From Patescibacteria group bacterium (GTDB lineage Bacteria > Patescibacteriota > Microgenomatia > UBA1400 > PJMF01): 64,000 bases of DNA. This document shows positions 19,068 to 28,575 of the stretch, piece by piece. The stretch covers positions 668,081 through 732,080 of the forward strand of contig BOKR01000001.1 in assembly GCA_016861085.1 (NCBI GenBank), written 5' to 3'. Within the stretch, counting starts at the first letter, position 1; every line of letters starts with the position of its first letter. The notes under the pieces were generated by a model. That model was given only the letters and a program-made list of their open reading frames with translations. It ran no database searches and was not told the DNA's origin. A program made the position numbers and the translations under genes.

Positions 19068-19762
19068 TTCAAAAATGCTCCAATAACTGCAGCTGTTTCT
19101 GCTTGATGTGTAAACTGTGGAGAGTGTCGAGCTCCTTTAACAATATATAGTGTACTGTTTTGTAGTAAAGATTTAAATTGTTTTGCAAATTTTACAGGGG
19201 TAGTCATGTCATGTTCACCCCAAACGATAAGGGTAGGACACAGAATTTGCGGCAAATAATCTAATATTTCAGTGTTGATGACATTTGCCATAGTCTGACG
19301 TTGTGTTTCGTTTGCTTTAAGGTAGTCTTGTTCGCGTGCCAATTTATATAACACGTTCCTAAAAAATTCATGCTTAAAAACTGGTTTTCCAAGCACAGCT
19401 GCTGTTTTAAAAATTGAGCGTTTGAGTACTTTTTTAAATGATCTATCAATCATTCCTGCACTATCTATCAGAATAAGTTTAGTCATTCGTTCTGGATTTT
19501 GAGCCGCGAATTGGCAAGAGATCTGCCCCCCAAAGGAATGACCAAGCAAAATGACAGACTCATTTTTGGGCAACTGACTTTCCAACCAAGAAACATAAGA
19601 ATCAAGTGTCCACACTTCATCTAGTTTTGTAGTTAAACCAGGAATTGGTAAAAATTTGCTTGCTATGCCCTGCTCTTGTAGTAACTCACGAAATGCTTGC
19701 CACTTTTTTTCGTTGGCTTCATCAATCGCCCAGCCATGCAAAATATATACCGTTTGTTTCAT
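19064..19762 (-). CDS. Alpha/beta-fold hydrolase
   Basis: Nucleophile elbow GHSFGG, 232 aa. Stop overlaps the Mur ligase start (4 nt). Confidence 0.7.
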   Translation of the reverse strand: MKQTVYILHGWAIDEANEKKWQAFRELLQEQGIASKFLPIPGLTTKLDEVWTLDSYVSWLESQLPKNESVILLGHSFGGQISCQFAAQNPERMTKLILIDSAGMIDRSFKKVLKRSIFKTAAVLGKPVFKHEFFRNVLYKLAREQDYLKANETQRQTMANVINTEILDYLPQILCPTLIVWGEHDMTTPVKFAKQFKSLLQNSTLYIVKGARHSPQFTHQAETAAVIGAFLK

Positions 19763-19818
19763 ACGCTCGCTCTAGTATCTCAAGAGTACCCGAAAGATTC
19801 AAGGCTTAAGTTCAATAG

Positions 19819-19846
19819 TTGAAACTTTTTTTGATCTGCCTATACT
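19819..19846 (+). promoter_or_regulatory. Promoter TTGAAA-16-TATACT ending 8 nt before the cyclophilin ATG (near-leaderless transcript)
   Basis: Hexamers read directly at 19819-19824 and 19841-19846. ATG at 19855. Confidence 0.5.
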
Positions 19847-19854
19847 AAGCTAGT

Positions 19855-20520
19855 ATGAAATCACTACACAAACGACTACTCTTTTCAGCTGTTATAATAT
19901 CAACATCAGTACTCTTGTCTGGATGTACTGATCCAGCAAAAAAGGGCTCTCAGGACATCAATTTATCAGATATCAGTGTCTCAAACACAACAAATACTAA
20001 TACAGAAAGGCCAACTACCATGCCAGAAGTTACATATAAGAACCTTGCAGATTTTAAAGAAATTCAAGCCACTCAAGCAGTTTTTGAAACAACCAAAGGC
20101 ACACTTGTCATGGACTTATACCGTGATAAAGTACCGCTTACAACTGCAAACTTCCTTAATTTAATTGATGAAGGCTTTTACGATAATATTGTGTTCCACA
20201 GAGTAATTCCTGGATTTATGGCACAAGTCGGTGATCCATTCACCAAAGATCCAAGTAAACCCGAGTCACAATGGGGCATGGGTGGGCCAACCTACAGAAT
20301 TATGGATGAGTTTGATCCAACCTTAAAACATGATGCTGCTGGTATTCTTTCTATGGCAAATGCCGGACCAAATACTGGAGGAAGTCAAATTTTTATTACA
20401 TACGGCCCACAGCCACATCTTGATGGAAAACATGCTGTCTTTGGCAAATTAGTTGAAGGCATGGATGTTCTGGAATCGATAACTGTTGGTGACAAGATCA
20501 TCAAAGCCTCGTACAGATAG
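19855..20520 (+). CDS. Cyclophilin-type peptidyl-prolyl cis-trans isomerase, lipoprotein (lipobox LSGC)
   Basis: Cyclophilin motifs HRVIPGFMAQVGD and SMANAGPNTGGSQIFIT. Signal peptide with Cys lipobox. Confidence 0.85.
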   Translation: MKSLHKRLLFSAVIISTSVLLSGCTDPAKKGSQDINLSDISVSNTTNTNTERPTTMPEVTYKNLADFKEIQATQAVFETTKGTLVMDLYRDKVPLTTANFLNLIDEGFYDNIVFHRVIPGFMAQVGDPFTKDPSKPESQWGMGGPTYRIMDEFDPTLKHDAAGILSMANAGPNTGGSQIFITYGPQPHLDGKHAVFGKLVEGMDVLESITVGDKIIKASYR

Positions 20521-20523
20521 ACA

Positions 20524-22029
20524 ATGAAAAAAACCATTCTCAGTTTAGTCTGCCTGCTTCTTGTTGGCGTGGTTTTGTTGGGGCTGGTACTTGTAAAAAA
20601 TATCTCTGGTATTAAAGCTTTTTCAAACCAGCTTCGATCACTCACCAAGCAACCACAATCTGATCAAGTTATTTTTGATCTTCGCACACTGCTTGAACTT
20701 AATGTTGTCGTCTCAAAACTCTCAGAAAATAAATTACTGTCTGTATTCCTAAAAAAAGACCAAAAGGAATTATTGGCCCGTTTGCAAACCATATCATCAG
20801 ATGTAGGAAGTGTTTTGTCAGAACTAAGCGACCAAGAACAACGCTGGTTATTTATATTTCAAAACAGTAATGAACTGAGAGCAACCGGTGGGTTTATGGG
20901 TTCATATGCTATTGTTGAAATTAATGAAGGAAAAATTATTTCTATCAACACTGAAGATATTTACGACGCTGATGGCCAATTTAACGGATATTTCGAAGCA
21001 CCATCTGGGGTAAAAGAATATTTAAGTAGTGGTAAAGGTTTACGGCTCCCAGACGCTAACTGGCATATTGATACTGCCAAAAGTGCTGAGCAAATTTTAC
21101 CGTTTTTCGCATGGGGAAATAAACAAAATGTGAAAGGCATTGTCTTTGTGAATCTTGAGTTTGCAAAAAAATTGTTAGAGTTTTTGGGACCAATTGAACT
21201 TACTGATTATAATACCATTGTGACTCAAGATAACCTTGATGAGGTTTTGCGTTCAAGAAGAGATGATTTCTTTCCTGGCAGCACACAAAAAAAACATATG
21301 CTCTCTCAACTTTTAACGCAAGTAAGACTAAAAACAACTTCACTGAATCCTGAACAGCTCATTTTACTATTAGATTTTATTCAAAATGAAATCTCTCAAA
21401 ACAACTTGCAATTTTATTCAAATAATCAGACTATTGATGCAGTTTTTGAAAAAAATAAGATGCGACAAATTGTAAATATTCCGGATAATTCTGAGTTTCT
21501 TTATCTTGTAGAATCAAATGTTGGTATCAACAAGGCGAATAAAGCAGTTTCAAGACAGGTATCTATAACAAAAACTCCAAACCAGAGGACCGTTACAATC
21601 GACTTTACCAATAACAATAAAAGGCCAACAATTTCTAAACTTACACAGATAACTGAGCTAGAAACAACTTCACCGGCAACTCAAGAAGCAAAAATAAATA
21701 ATCACCTTGCATATGTGAATTACCAAAGAGTTGTTGTGCCAAAAAATTGGGAACTTACTTCCGTCTTATTCCAAAACACCACTGTTGAGCCTATAGATCA
21801 AGAACTGTTGATTATTGATGGTGTCGAATTTAAACAAATCGGCTTTTTAGTTGTCATCCCTGAAGAAAAAAATGCTACTGCACAAATTTTATTCAATGTT
21901 CCAGAGAGCCTAGAGCAAATCTATATTCAAAAACAACCAGGACTTCCTGCAACAAACTATGTTCTAGAGTATAATCAGAACCAAGAAACCCACACAATAA
22001 CAAACAACCTACTATTGAAATATCCATAA
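20524..22029 (+). CDS. Hypothetical membrane-anchored extracytoplasmic protein (501 aa). I tentatively recall the [11 protein letters not shown] motif as DUF4012-like.
   Basis: N-terminal TM helix and a large extracytoplasmic domain. Starts 4 nt after the cyclophilin stop. Confidence 0.45.
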   Translation: MKKTILSLVCLLLVGVVLLGLVLVKNISGIKAFSNQLRSLTKQPQSDQVIFDLRTLLELNVVVSKLSENKLLSVFLKKDQKELLARLQTISSDVGSVLSELSDQEQRWLFIFQNSNELRATGGFMGSYAIVEINEGKIISINTEDIYDADGQFNGYFEAPSGVKEYLSSGKGLRLPDANWHIDTAKSAEQILPFFAWGNKQNVKGIVFVNLEFAKKLLEFLGPIELTDYNTIVTQDNLDEVLRSRRDDFFPGSTQKKHMLSQLLTQVRLKTTSLNPEQLILLLDFIQNEISQNNLQFYSNNQTIDAVFEKNKMRQIVNIPDNSEFLYLVESNVGINKANKAVSRQVSITKTPNQRTVTIDFTNNNKRPTISKLTQITELETTSPATQEAKINNHLAYVNYQRVVVPKNWELTSVLFQNTTVEPIDQELLIIDGVEFKQIGFLVVIPEEKNATAQILFNVPESLEQIYIQKQPGLPATNYVLEYNQNQETHTITNNLLLKYP

Positions 22030-22030
22030 T

Positions 22031-23122
22031 ATGGTACTAGAAAAAGATGAGCAAATAATTTTAGATCAAGCCCAAGAATATCTTGATTCTGTTGCTATCA
22101 GTCAAATTGAAACCGATCTCAAAACAAAAGAGGCAGTCACGTTTGAAGCCAGTTTTTGGCAATCAAATTCAGCGCAAAAAACAATGAAAGAAATTGCGCT
22201 AATTAAAGAAAAGATTGCAGAATATGAGTCGGTGAAGCAACTGGTGAATGATATTGAAGCCTATCAAGAGTTGTTAGAAGAAATTGAGGAAAACCAAAAA
22301 GAAGAATTAACCCAAGAACTACAAAAATCAATCAAAAGACTGGGCAGACTGGTGAACGAACTCAAACTGAAACAGTACTTAAGCGGAAAGTATGACAGTT
22401 ACCCAGCCATACTCTCAATCCATTCTGGACAAGGTGGTACTGAAGCCATGGATTGGGCCGAAATCCTCAAACGCATGTATTCTAGATATTTTGAACGAAA
22501 AGGCTGGAAAGCATCACTCATCAGCGAATCCAGAGGTGAAGAAGCCGGAATAAAATCGTGTGAGTTTGAAGTAGAAGCACACTATGCATATGGATTTTTA
22601 AAACATGAACAAGGCACGCATAGGCTAGTAAGGCAAAGTCCATTTAACGCCGACAATCTACGACAAACATCCTTTGCTCTCGTAGAAGTTTTACCATTAA
22701 TTGATGAAAATGACGATGAAATTCAAATCCCAGATTCAGAACTAGAGTGGAATTTTTCTAGGGCTGGTGGTGCAGGCGGGCAAAATGTTAATAAGGTTAA
22801 TACTGCAGTTGAGCTCACTCATATCCCAACTGGAATTACAGTTCGCTGTCGCGAAGAACGAAGTCAAGTTCAAAATAAAGAAAAAGCGCTAAAAAAGCTT
22901 AAAAGTAAACTTGCTCAAATTGAAGCTCAAGAACTTTCAGCAGAATTACAGCAAGAAAAAGGAGAATTTGTCCAGGCAAGTTGGGGTAATCAAATAAGAA
23001 ATTATGTTCTACACCCATATAAATTGGTTAAAGATACTAGGACTGAAGTAGAAACCACAAACACAGACCAAGTTTTAGATGGTGATATAGAAATATTTGT
23101 TCAAGCAGAAATTAAACTGTAA
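22031..23122 (+). CDS. prfB: Peptide chain release factor 2, encoded in a single frame (no programmed +1 frameshift site)
   Basis: SPF tripeptide (QSPFNAD) and GGQ ([12 protein letters not shown]). 363 aa contiguous ORF. Confidence 0.9.
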   Translation: MVLEKDEQIILDQAQEYLDSVAISQIETDLKTKEAVTFEASFWQSNSAQKTMKEIALIKEKIAEYESVKQLVNDIEAYQELLEEIEENQKEELTQELQKSIKRLGRLVNELKLKQYLSGKYDSYPAILSIHSGQGGTEAMDWAEILKRMYSRYFERKGWKASLISESRGEEAGIKSCEFEVEAHYAYGFLKHEQGTHRLVRQSPFNADNLRQTSFALVEVLPLIDENDDEIQIPDSELEWNFSRAGGAGGQNVNKVNTAVELTHIPTGITVRCREERSQVQNKEKALKKLKSKLAQIEAQELSAELQQEKGEFVQASWGNQIRNYVLHPYKLVKDTRTEVETTNTDQVLDGDIEIFVQAEIKL

Positions 23123-23168
23123 AAATAATTGGTAATTAGTTACCGAATCGGGTATACTAAAGCAGCAT

Positions 23169-23732
23169 ATGAGAAAAATTTCATTAGAGCCAACTGGCTC
23201 ATCAAATAAACCGACTGTTGACGATGAACTGCTCCTAGAGCATAATCAGGATTCGTCCAATACAAACAGTACAATCACAAGAGATACAGGGAAAGAATCA
23301 CTTATGCGAGCTCCGTCTAAATTATTGATTACCTTAACAATCGTCGCAGTTCTTGCGGGAGTTGGTACGGGTTTTGGTACATTTAGGCTTCGAAACAAAA
23401 ACACTGAGCAGCTAGCAGCTGTCCCAACAACTGAAAGTGGTGTGGCAGCGGGCGATGAATTTGGTAGCAAAGACGAAGTTTTTGATTCACACGCCGTTGG
23501 ATATATTGAGGAAGGTGGACTTGACGGTGAGGGCTCACATAAACTGCTGCGAGCAGGTGGTGATTCTCAGACTGTCTTCTTGACTTCATCAGTAACCGAT
23601 CTTGATGTTTTTGTTGGTATGGAAGTCGAAATTTGGGGTGAAACATTCAAAGGTCAAAAAGCAGGATGGTTCATGGATGTTGGTAGAGTAAAGGTTGTAA
23701 ATCCTGATGGCCAGCCACCAACTGAAGAATAG
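23169..23732 (+). CDS. Hypothetical single-pass membrane protein (187 aa)
   Basis: Central TM LLITLTIVAVLAGVGTGFGTF. No known domain. Confidence 0.45.
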   Translation: MRKISLEPTGSSNKPTVDDELLLEHNQDSSNTNSTITRDTGKESLMRAPSKLLITLTIVAVLAGVGTGFGTFRLRNKNTEQLAAVPTTESGVAAGDEFGSKDEVFDSHAVGYIEEGGLDGEGSHKLLRAGGDSQTVFLTSSVTDLDVFVGMEVEIWGETFKGQKAGWFMDVGRVKVVNPDGQPPTEE

Positions 23733-23795
23733 GCTTTTAGCCCTATTTTCATCTTGCAAAGATATAGTATTTCAGTCTACACTTAAAGATACATT

Positions 23796-24779
23796 ATGAT
23801 TGTATTTTCTTCTGTTAGCAAACAATTTCTTCCAGATTCATATGCTCTAGAGAATGTTTCTTTTGATATAGACCCAGGTGAACTTGTATTGTTAACCGGC
23901 CCCTCTGGGTCTGGCAAAACTACAGTGATGAAACTCTTAACCAAAGAGTATCAACCAACATCAGGTGAAATTCTGTTTCATACAGTTAATTTGAATGATA
24001 TTAAAAATTCACTCGTGCATGAGCACAGAAGAAAAATTGGGGTTGTATTTCAAGACTATAAATTGATTCCAGAGCTTAATGTTTGGGAGAACATTGCGCT
24101 TCCTCTTTCTATCATCGGTAAAAGCGAGGCAGAAACAGAAGAACGCGTGACAGATTTGCTAGAACTTGTAGGACTTGCTGACAAAGCCATGTATTTCCCA
24201 AAGCAACTTTCAGGTGGTGAGGCTCAAAGAATTAGTATTGCTCGCGCCCTTTCTACTGCTCCTTCCGTTATTTTTGCTGATGAACCAACTGGTAATCTAG
24301 ATAAAGATAACTCATTACAAATTGCAAAACTACTTACAAAAATCAATGAACTAGGCACAACCATACTCTTTGCAACTCACGACCATGATGTTTTGGATAT
24401 CCTTGGTGACCATAGGCATATTGTCTTAGAAAACGGTAAATTGGTGAGTGATACAGCCGGTAAATCGAAAAAAGTAAAAAAAGAAGAAACAAAAAAAACT
24501 GATACAAAAACAGAGGAGAAAGCTCCTGAAGTTGTGGAAACCGTTACTATAGTAGCAACAAATGAACCAAAACGAGTTGGTTTCCTCTCCTCGTTGTTCG
24601 GAAAAAAAGAGTCAAATAAAAAAATCAGCCTCAAAAAAGAGGACGAAAAAACAAAAGAGAAAGTGACCGAAACTAAAAGTGAATCAGAACCTGACGACAA
24701 GGACTCAGAGCATAAAAAAACTGAGAAAAAAGAAGAAAAATCTGAAAAAAAACCAGTAAAAGCAAAGAAAAAATCATGA
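23796..24779 (+). CDS. ftsE: Cell-division ABC ATPase FtsE with an approx. 100-aa Lys/Glu-rich C-terminal tail
   Basis: Walker A GPSGSGKTT, ABC signature LSGGEAQRISIARAL, Walker B IFADEPTGNLD. Residues about 225-327 are low-complexity K/E/T. Confidence 0.85.
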   Translation: MIVFSSVSKQFLPDSYALENVSFDIDPGELVLLTGPSGSGKTTVMKLLTKEYQPTSGEILFHTVNLNDIKNSLVHEHRRKIGVVFQDYKLIPELNVWENIALPLSIIGKSEAETEERVTDLLELVGLADKAMYFPKQLSGGEAQRISIARALSTAPSVIFADEPTGNLDKDNSLQIAKLLTKINELGTTILFATHDHDVLDILGDHRHIVLENGKLVSDTAGKSKKVKKEETKKTDTKTEEKAPEVVETVTIVATNEPKRVGFLSSLFGKKESNKKISLKKEDEKTKEKVTETKSESEPDDKDSEHKKTEKKEEKSEKKPVKAKKKS

Positions 24780-25645
24780 ACGCATTTACAACTGCCCTCA
24801 CTACCATTAGAAGATCTCCATATCAAGCGTTAACTTCTATTCTTATGGTTGCAGTAACTTTTTTTGTAGCGTACGCATTTTCAATATTCATGGTAGGTTC
24901 AAAGGTGGTCCTAGAACATTTTGAAACTCAACCACAAGTTTTGGCATTTTTTGAATTAGAAACCAAACCTGAGATTATTGAAACTGTTGCTAAAACTATG
25001 GAAGAGAAACCCTATGTTTCATCGGTTAAAATTATTTCACAGGAAGAAGCATTAAAACTGTATCAAAAAGATAATAGCGACGACCCATTGTTACTTGAAT
25101 TAGTCACTGCAGATATTCTGCCAGCGAGTGTCGAGGTCTCTGGTACAGATATTGACTCGCTTGCGCTCATCAAAAAAGACTTAGAAGTCTTTACTCAAGT
25201 TGAAGACATTGAATACCAAGAAGACGTCATTACCACACTTTCAAATTGGATTACTACTATTGAACTGACTGGATTGATAACAACAATAGTACTTGGCACA
25301 ATCTCATTCCTTATTATCATGGTTATCATAGCAATGAAGGCAAACGCTCAAAAAAAGAAAATCCAAATCATGCGTATGCTTGGAGCCACCAAATGGTACA
25401 TCAAAGCACCATATATGCACGAAGGTATTATTTATGGGTTTGTAGGTGCACTCGTAGGCTGGTTTGTGATGTTTGCTACCCTTCTATATCTCACGCCTTC
25501 CATAAACTACATCCTTGGAGATATCACACTGCTTCCTGCCCCACTTGAATTTTATGTAATTCATGCTTTAGGCGGAATTATTCTTGGGATGTTTTTAGGA
25601 GCATTCGCAAGTATTGTTGCAGTTCAACGATTCATTAAGAATTAA
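24776..25645 (+). CDS. ftsX: Cell-division permease-like protein FtsX
   Basis: Four TM segments with a large first extracellular loop. Overlaps the ftsE stop by 4 nt. Confidence 0.8.
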   Translation: MNAFTTALTTIRRSPYQALTSILMVAVTFFVAYAFSIFMVGSKVVLEHFETQPQVLAFFELETKPEIIETVAKTMEEKPYVSSVKIISQEEALKLYQKDNSDDPLLLELVTADILPASVEVSGTDIDSLALIKKDLEVFTQVEDIEYQEDVITTLSNWITTIELTGLITTIVLGTISFLIIMVIIAMKANAQKKKIQIMRMLGATKWYIKAPYMHEGIIYGFVGALVGWFVMFATLLYLTPSINYILGDITLLPAPLEFYVIHALGGIILGMFLGAFASIVAVQRFIKN

Positions 25646-25651
25646 GTTACA

Positions 25652-26908
25652 ATGAAAACAATCATGCAAACAATTAAATTGGCACTGGTGGCTCTGGTAT
25701 TATCTTCGCTTCTTTTTGCTAGAAATGCATATGCTCAAGAAAATTGTGACCAAGAGTGTAGTGAAGCAGACTCAAATTATGAGCAATGTCTAAAAGACAA
25801 GATTGCTTGCTTGGAAAATAATTTGGAAGAAACTAAAGCAAAAAAGACGACACTTGAGAATGCAATCAGCATTATCAATGGCAATATAAACATTCAACAA
25901 GTAAAAATCTCTCAAACTAAAAATGAAATCTCGGTTCTTGAAAAAGAAATTGCCGATCTAGATAACAGAATATCTGGTCTTAGTATTTCACTTGATAGAC
26001 TTTCTACGTTGCTAGTTGAAAGAATTCGCACCCAATATAAGAGAGAACAAGTTGACCCGATCACTTTTGTTGCATCATCAAAGTCACTCGCCGATTTTAT
26101 GTCACAATTCCGGTATTTGAGATTGGCTGGTCAACAAACAGCCCAGGCCATGCAAAAAGCGGAAAGTCAACGATCTGCGTACGATGAACAAAAAATACTG
26201 AAAGAAGAAAAGCAGGCAGAAGTTGAAAAGAAAAGACAGCAACTACAAGGTGAACAAAACATTCTAGTTGGTCAACGCCAGGAACAACAAAACTTGTTAA
26301 CTGTTACAAAAAATGACGAGCAAAAATTTCAACAGTTGTTAAAAGAAGCACAAGAACAAATCAATGCCATTAGAAGATATACCGCCAGTAAAGGTGGCGC
26401 ATCTATACTCTCTGGCACTACAAAATGTGATGACTGGGGTTGCTACTATAATCAAAGAGATAGTGAATGGGGCAACCAACTGATTGGTAGGAGCAATGAA
26501 ACTGTTGCTGAAGTTGGTTGTTTGATTGCATCGGTGGCAATGATTACCTCACACTATGGCAAAACCCTGACACCTGCCCAAATAGCCGGTAGCTCGAACC
26601 CTTTTTTCTATAATACTGCCGATATGCTTTGGACTTGGTCTGGCCCAGTCAATGGCGTTATGGCCACTAGAACAAGAGTTGGATACAATTCATCTGCTTT
26701 GGATGCTGAACTTAACGCTGGGAGGCCTGCAATTGTGAGAATATCTGTTGCCAATAGCGTTGGGACCCACTTTGTTGTCATAACAAAAAAACAGGATGGA
26801 AAATATATGATGAAAGATCCGTACGAAGCTGACGGTAATGACATCCCATTCACCGACAAACATTCTCTTTCTCAAATTACCGCGGTTGATAGACTTACCG
26901 TTCAATAA
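25652..26908 (+). CDS. Secreted coiled-coil protein with a C-terminal papain-fold (C39-like) cysteine peptidase domain. Positional analogue of PcsB/EnvC/RipC.
   Basis: Signal peptide, about 230 aa heptad coiled coil. C-terminal domain with putative catalytic Cys (AEVGCLIASVAMI), His (GTHFVVIT) and Asp/Asn, i.e. a Peptidase_C39_2-like arrangement. Immediately downstream of ftsEX. Confidence 0.55.
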   Translation: MKTIMQTIKLALVALVLSSLLFARNAYAQENCDQECSEADSNYEQCLKDKIACLENNLEETKAKKTTLENAISIINGNINIQQVKISQTKNEISVLEKEIADLDNRISGLSISLDRLSTLLVERIRTQYKREQVDPITFVASSKSLADFMSQFRYLRLAGQQTAQAMQKAESQRSAYDEQKILKEEKQAEVEKKRQQLQGEQNILVGQRQEQQNLLTVTKNDEQKFQQLLKEAQEQINAIRRYTASKGGASILSGTTKCDDWGCYYNQRDSEWGNQLIGRSNETVAEVGCLIASVAMITSHYGKTLTPAQIAGSSNPFFYNTADMLWTWSGPVNGVMATRTRVGYNSSALDAELNAGRPAIVRISVANSVGTHFVVITKKQDGKYMMKDPYEADGNDIPFTDKHSLSQITAVDRLTVQ

Positions 26909-26957
26909 CTTTTCTACGTCACACTTTATGTAAGGTTCACTACATATACTTGTACTC

Positions 26958-27758
26958 GTGAAAATATTCATTTTCGCAACCCTATTCTTTTTTTGGTTTG
27001 CCACCCCTGCCCGTGCACAAGTGGTGATCTCTGAAGTGTATCCTGCCCCCACTTCAGAAGAAAAAGAATGGATAGAGTTATACAACACCAGTGAGAGTTC
27101 TGTAGACATTTCTGGCTGGAAACTATTTGAACATTTTTCAAGTAAAAGTGAATTGGTTACCTTCATTAATGCTCAAATTGAACCGCATGGCTTTTTTGTG
27201 CTTGAATTAACCTCCAACAAACTTAACAACACCGAAGAAAAGATAAGTTTAGAAAACACACAGTTAGAAGAACAAAATGTGTTACATTTCACTAACAGCG
27301 AAACCCAAATGAGCTTTAGTTTTCTCTTTTCTGATGAGACTACAATAAGCGATACATTGGAAATTACTCAACCAACAAAAGGCATCAAAAACCCTGCCCT
27401 GGCCATACAAACTCCTACTCCTCTGCCAACACCAAGTACTGTACCTCAACCGACAACAACTGTAACCCCTACCCCCAATCCTCCCAAACAATCCTTGCAA
27501 GAAAACAGCAAATCTGAAGCAACCAAAGAGCTAACTGAGATCGATTCAAATGTAGACCCAAAACCTACACAAATAGAATCATATAGAAAAATATCACAGC
27601 TACTAAAACTTCCAAGTTATCTGCGTGTTGAAAAAGTAGGACTAGAGAAAAGAGTACCGCAACTCTCCTATCTAATTCAAAAAAAAGTTTCAAAACAGGG
27701 TGTCATAAATGCTATAATTGGAGGAACACTATTAGTATGTACAGGACTCCTGTTGTGA
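26958..27758 (+). CDS. Lamin-tail-domain (LTD) protein with a Pro/Thr-rich linker and a C-terminal TM anchor; GTG start
   Basis: LTD signature VVISEVYPAPTSEEKEWIELYNTSESSVDISGWKL. The PT-rich stretch is TPTPLPTPSTVPQPTTTVTPTPNPP. Confidence 0.6.
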   Translation: MKIFIFATLFFFWFATPARAQVVISEVYPAPTSEEKEWIELYNTSESSVDISGWKLFEHFSSKSELVTFINAQIEPHGFFVLELTSNKLNNTEEKISLENTQLEEQNVLHFTNSETQMSFSFLFSDETTISDTLEITQPTKGIKNPALAIQTPTPLPTPSTVPQPTTTVTPTPNPPKQSLQENSKSEATKELTEIDSNVDPKPTQIESYRKISQLLKLPSYLRVEKVGLEKRVPQLSYLIQKKVSKQGVINAIIGGTLLVCTGLLL

Positions 27759-28147
27759 ATTTTTTTGTAAAAAAACTGACGATCAAAGATTTTTTGTCTG
27801 CATTCGTGCCTCCTACTTTATGGGCAATTATTATTTTCTTATTCTCCTCACAAACTACACTACCGGGTTTTGAGGAATCAGCTTACGACTTTATTTTCAA
27901 AAAACTTGCGCATATTACTGTGTATTTAGTCTTATACTTATTAGTTTTTCGTGCAGTTAAGCTAACCAGTAATGAAAAAAATAAAAACACTCTTTTGCTA
28001 GTTCCAATCACTATTTGCTTACTGTACGCAATTAGTGATGAGTTCCACCAGTCACTTGTCCCTGGGAGATATGCAACACTGCGAGATATTGGGTATGATA
28101 TGCTTGGTGTCAGCATTGCTTTTCTCAAAAAATATGGGTATATATAG
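27737..28147 (+). CDS. VanZ-like family membrane protein
   Basis: 136 aa, 4 TM, with the conserved SDEFHQSLVPGR-type motif of the VanZ family. Overlaps the LTD gene by 22 nt. Confidence 0.55.
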   Translation: MYRTPVVNFFVKKLTIKDFLSAFVPPTLWAIIIFLFSSQTTLPGFEESAYDFIFKKLAHITVYLVLYLLVFRAVKLTSNEKNKNTLLLVPITICLLYAISDEFHQSLVPGRYATLRDIGYDMLGVSIAFLKKYGYI

Positions 28148-28160
28148 CCAAAAATGAGTG

Positions 28161-28189
28161 TTGACATCATTTTAAAATAGTTGATAATA
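28161..28189 (+). promoter_or_regulatory. Strong sigma-70-like promoter for hup: TTGACA-17-ATAATA
   Basis: Perfect -35 at 28161-28166 and -10 at 28184-28189. Confidence 0.55.
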
Positions 28190-28277
28190 GTTAATCTATG
28201 GCACTTTTAAAAATGCTATAAAGATGTCAATAATTAGTATTAAGTAGCCATTTGTGCACATTTAGAAAGGTTCCTAC

Positions 28278-28553
28278 ATGACCAAGTCACAATTAATTGC
28301 AATCGTTGCAAAGAAGGCACACCTAACCAAGAAAGCTTCAAACGATGCTGTTGAAAGCCTCTTTGAAGAAATCATTAGAGCTGTCAAAAAAGGTGAAAAA
28401 GTCGTGATCTCTGGTTTTGGTACATTCTACATTAGCAAAGTTGGAGACAAACAAGTTGTCCCATTTGGTAATGAAGAGAAACGCCAAACAATCAAAGGCC
28501 ACAAGGTTGTCAACTTTAGAGTTGGTAAACCTCTCAAAAAAGAAGTTTGGTAA
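28278..28553 (+). CDS. hup: DNA-binding protein HU
   Basis: 91 aa. HU/IHF motifs GFGTF and the beta-arm R…G…P…K. Confidence 0.9.
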   Translation: MTKSQLIAIVAKKAHLTKKASNDAVESLFEEIIRAVKKGEKVVISGFGTFYISKVGDKQVVPFGNEEKRQTIKGHKVVNFRVGKPLKKEVW

Positions 28554-28575
28554 CCAATTTTCTTAAAAGAGTAAT

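Noticed and set aside
19976-20164. 62-aa plus-strand ORF inside the cyclophilin gene (different frame), and 20385-20648 on the minus strand
   Set aside because: Embedded in or antisense to a well-supported PPIase CDS.
24377-24826. Minus-strand 149-aa Ser/Phe-rich ORF
   Set aside because: Antisense to the K/E-rich FtsE tail (AAR/GAR codons read as TTY/TCY antisense); an artefact.
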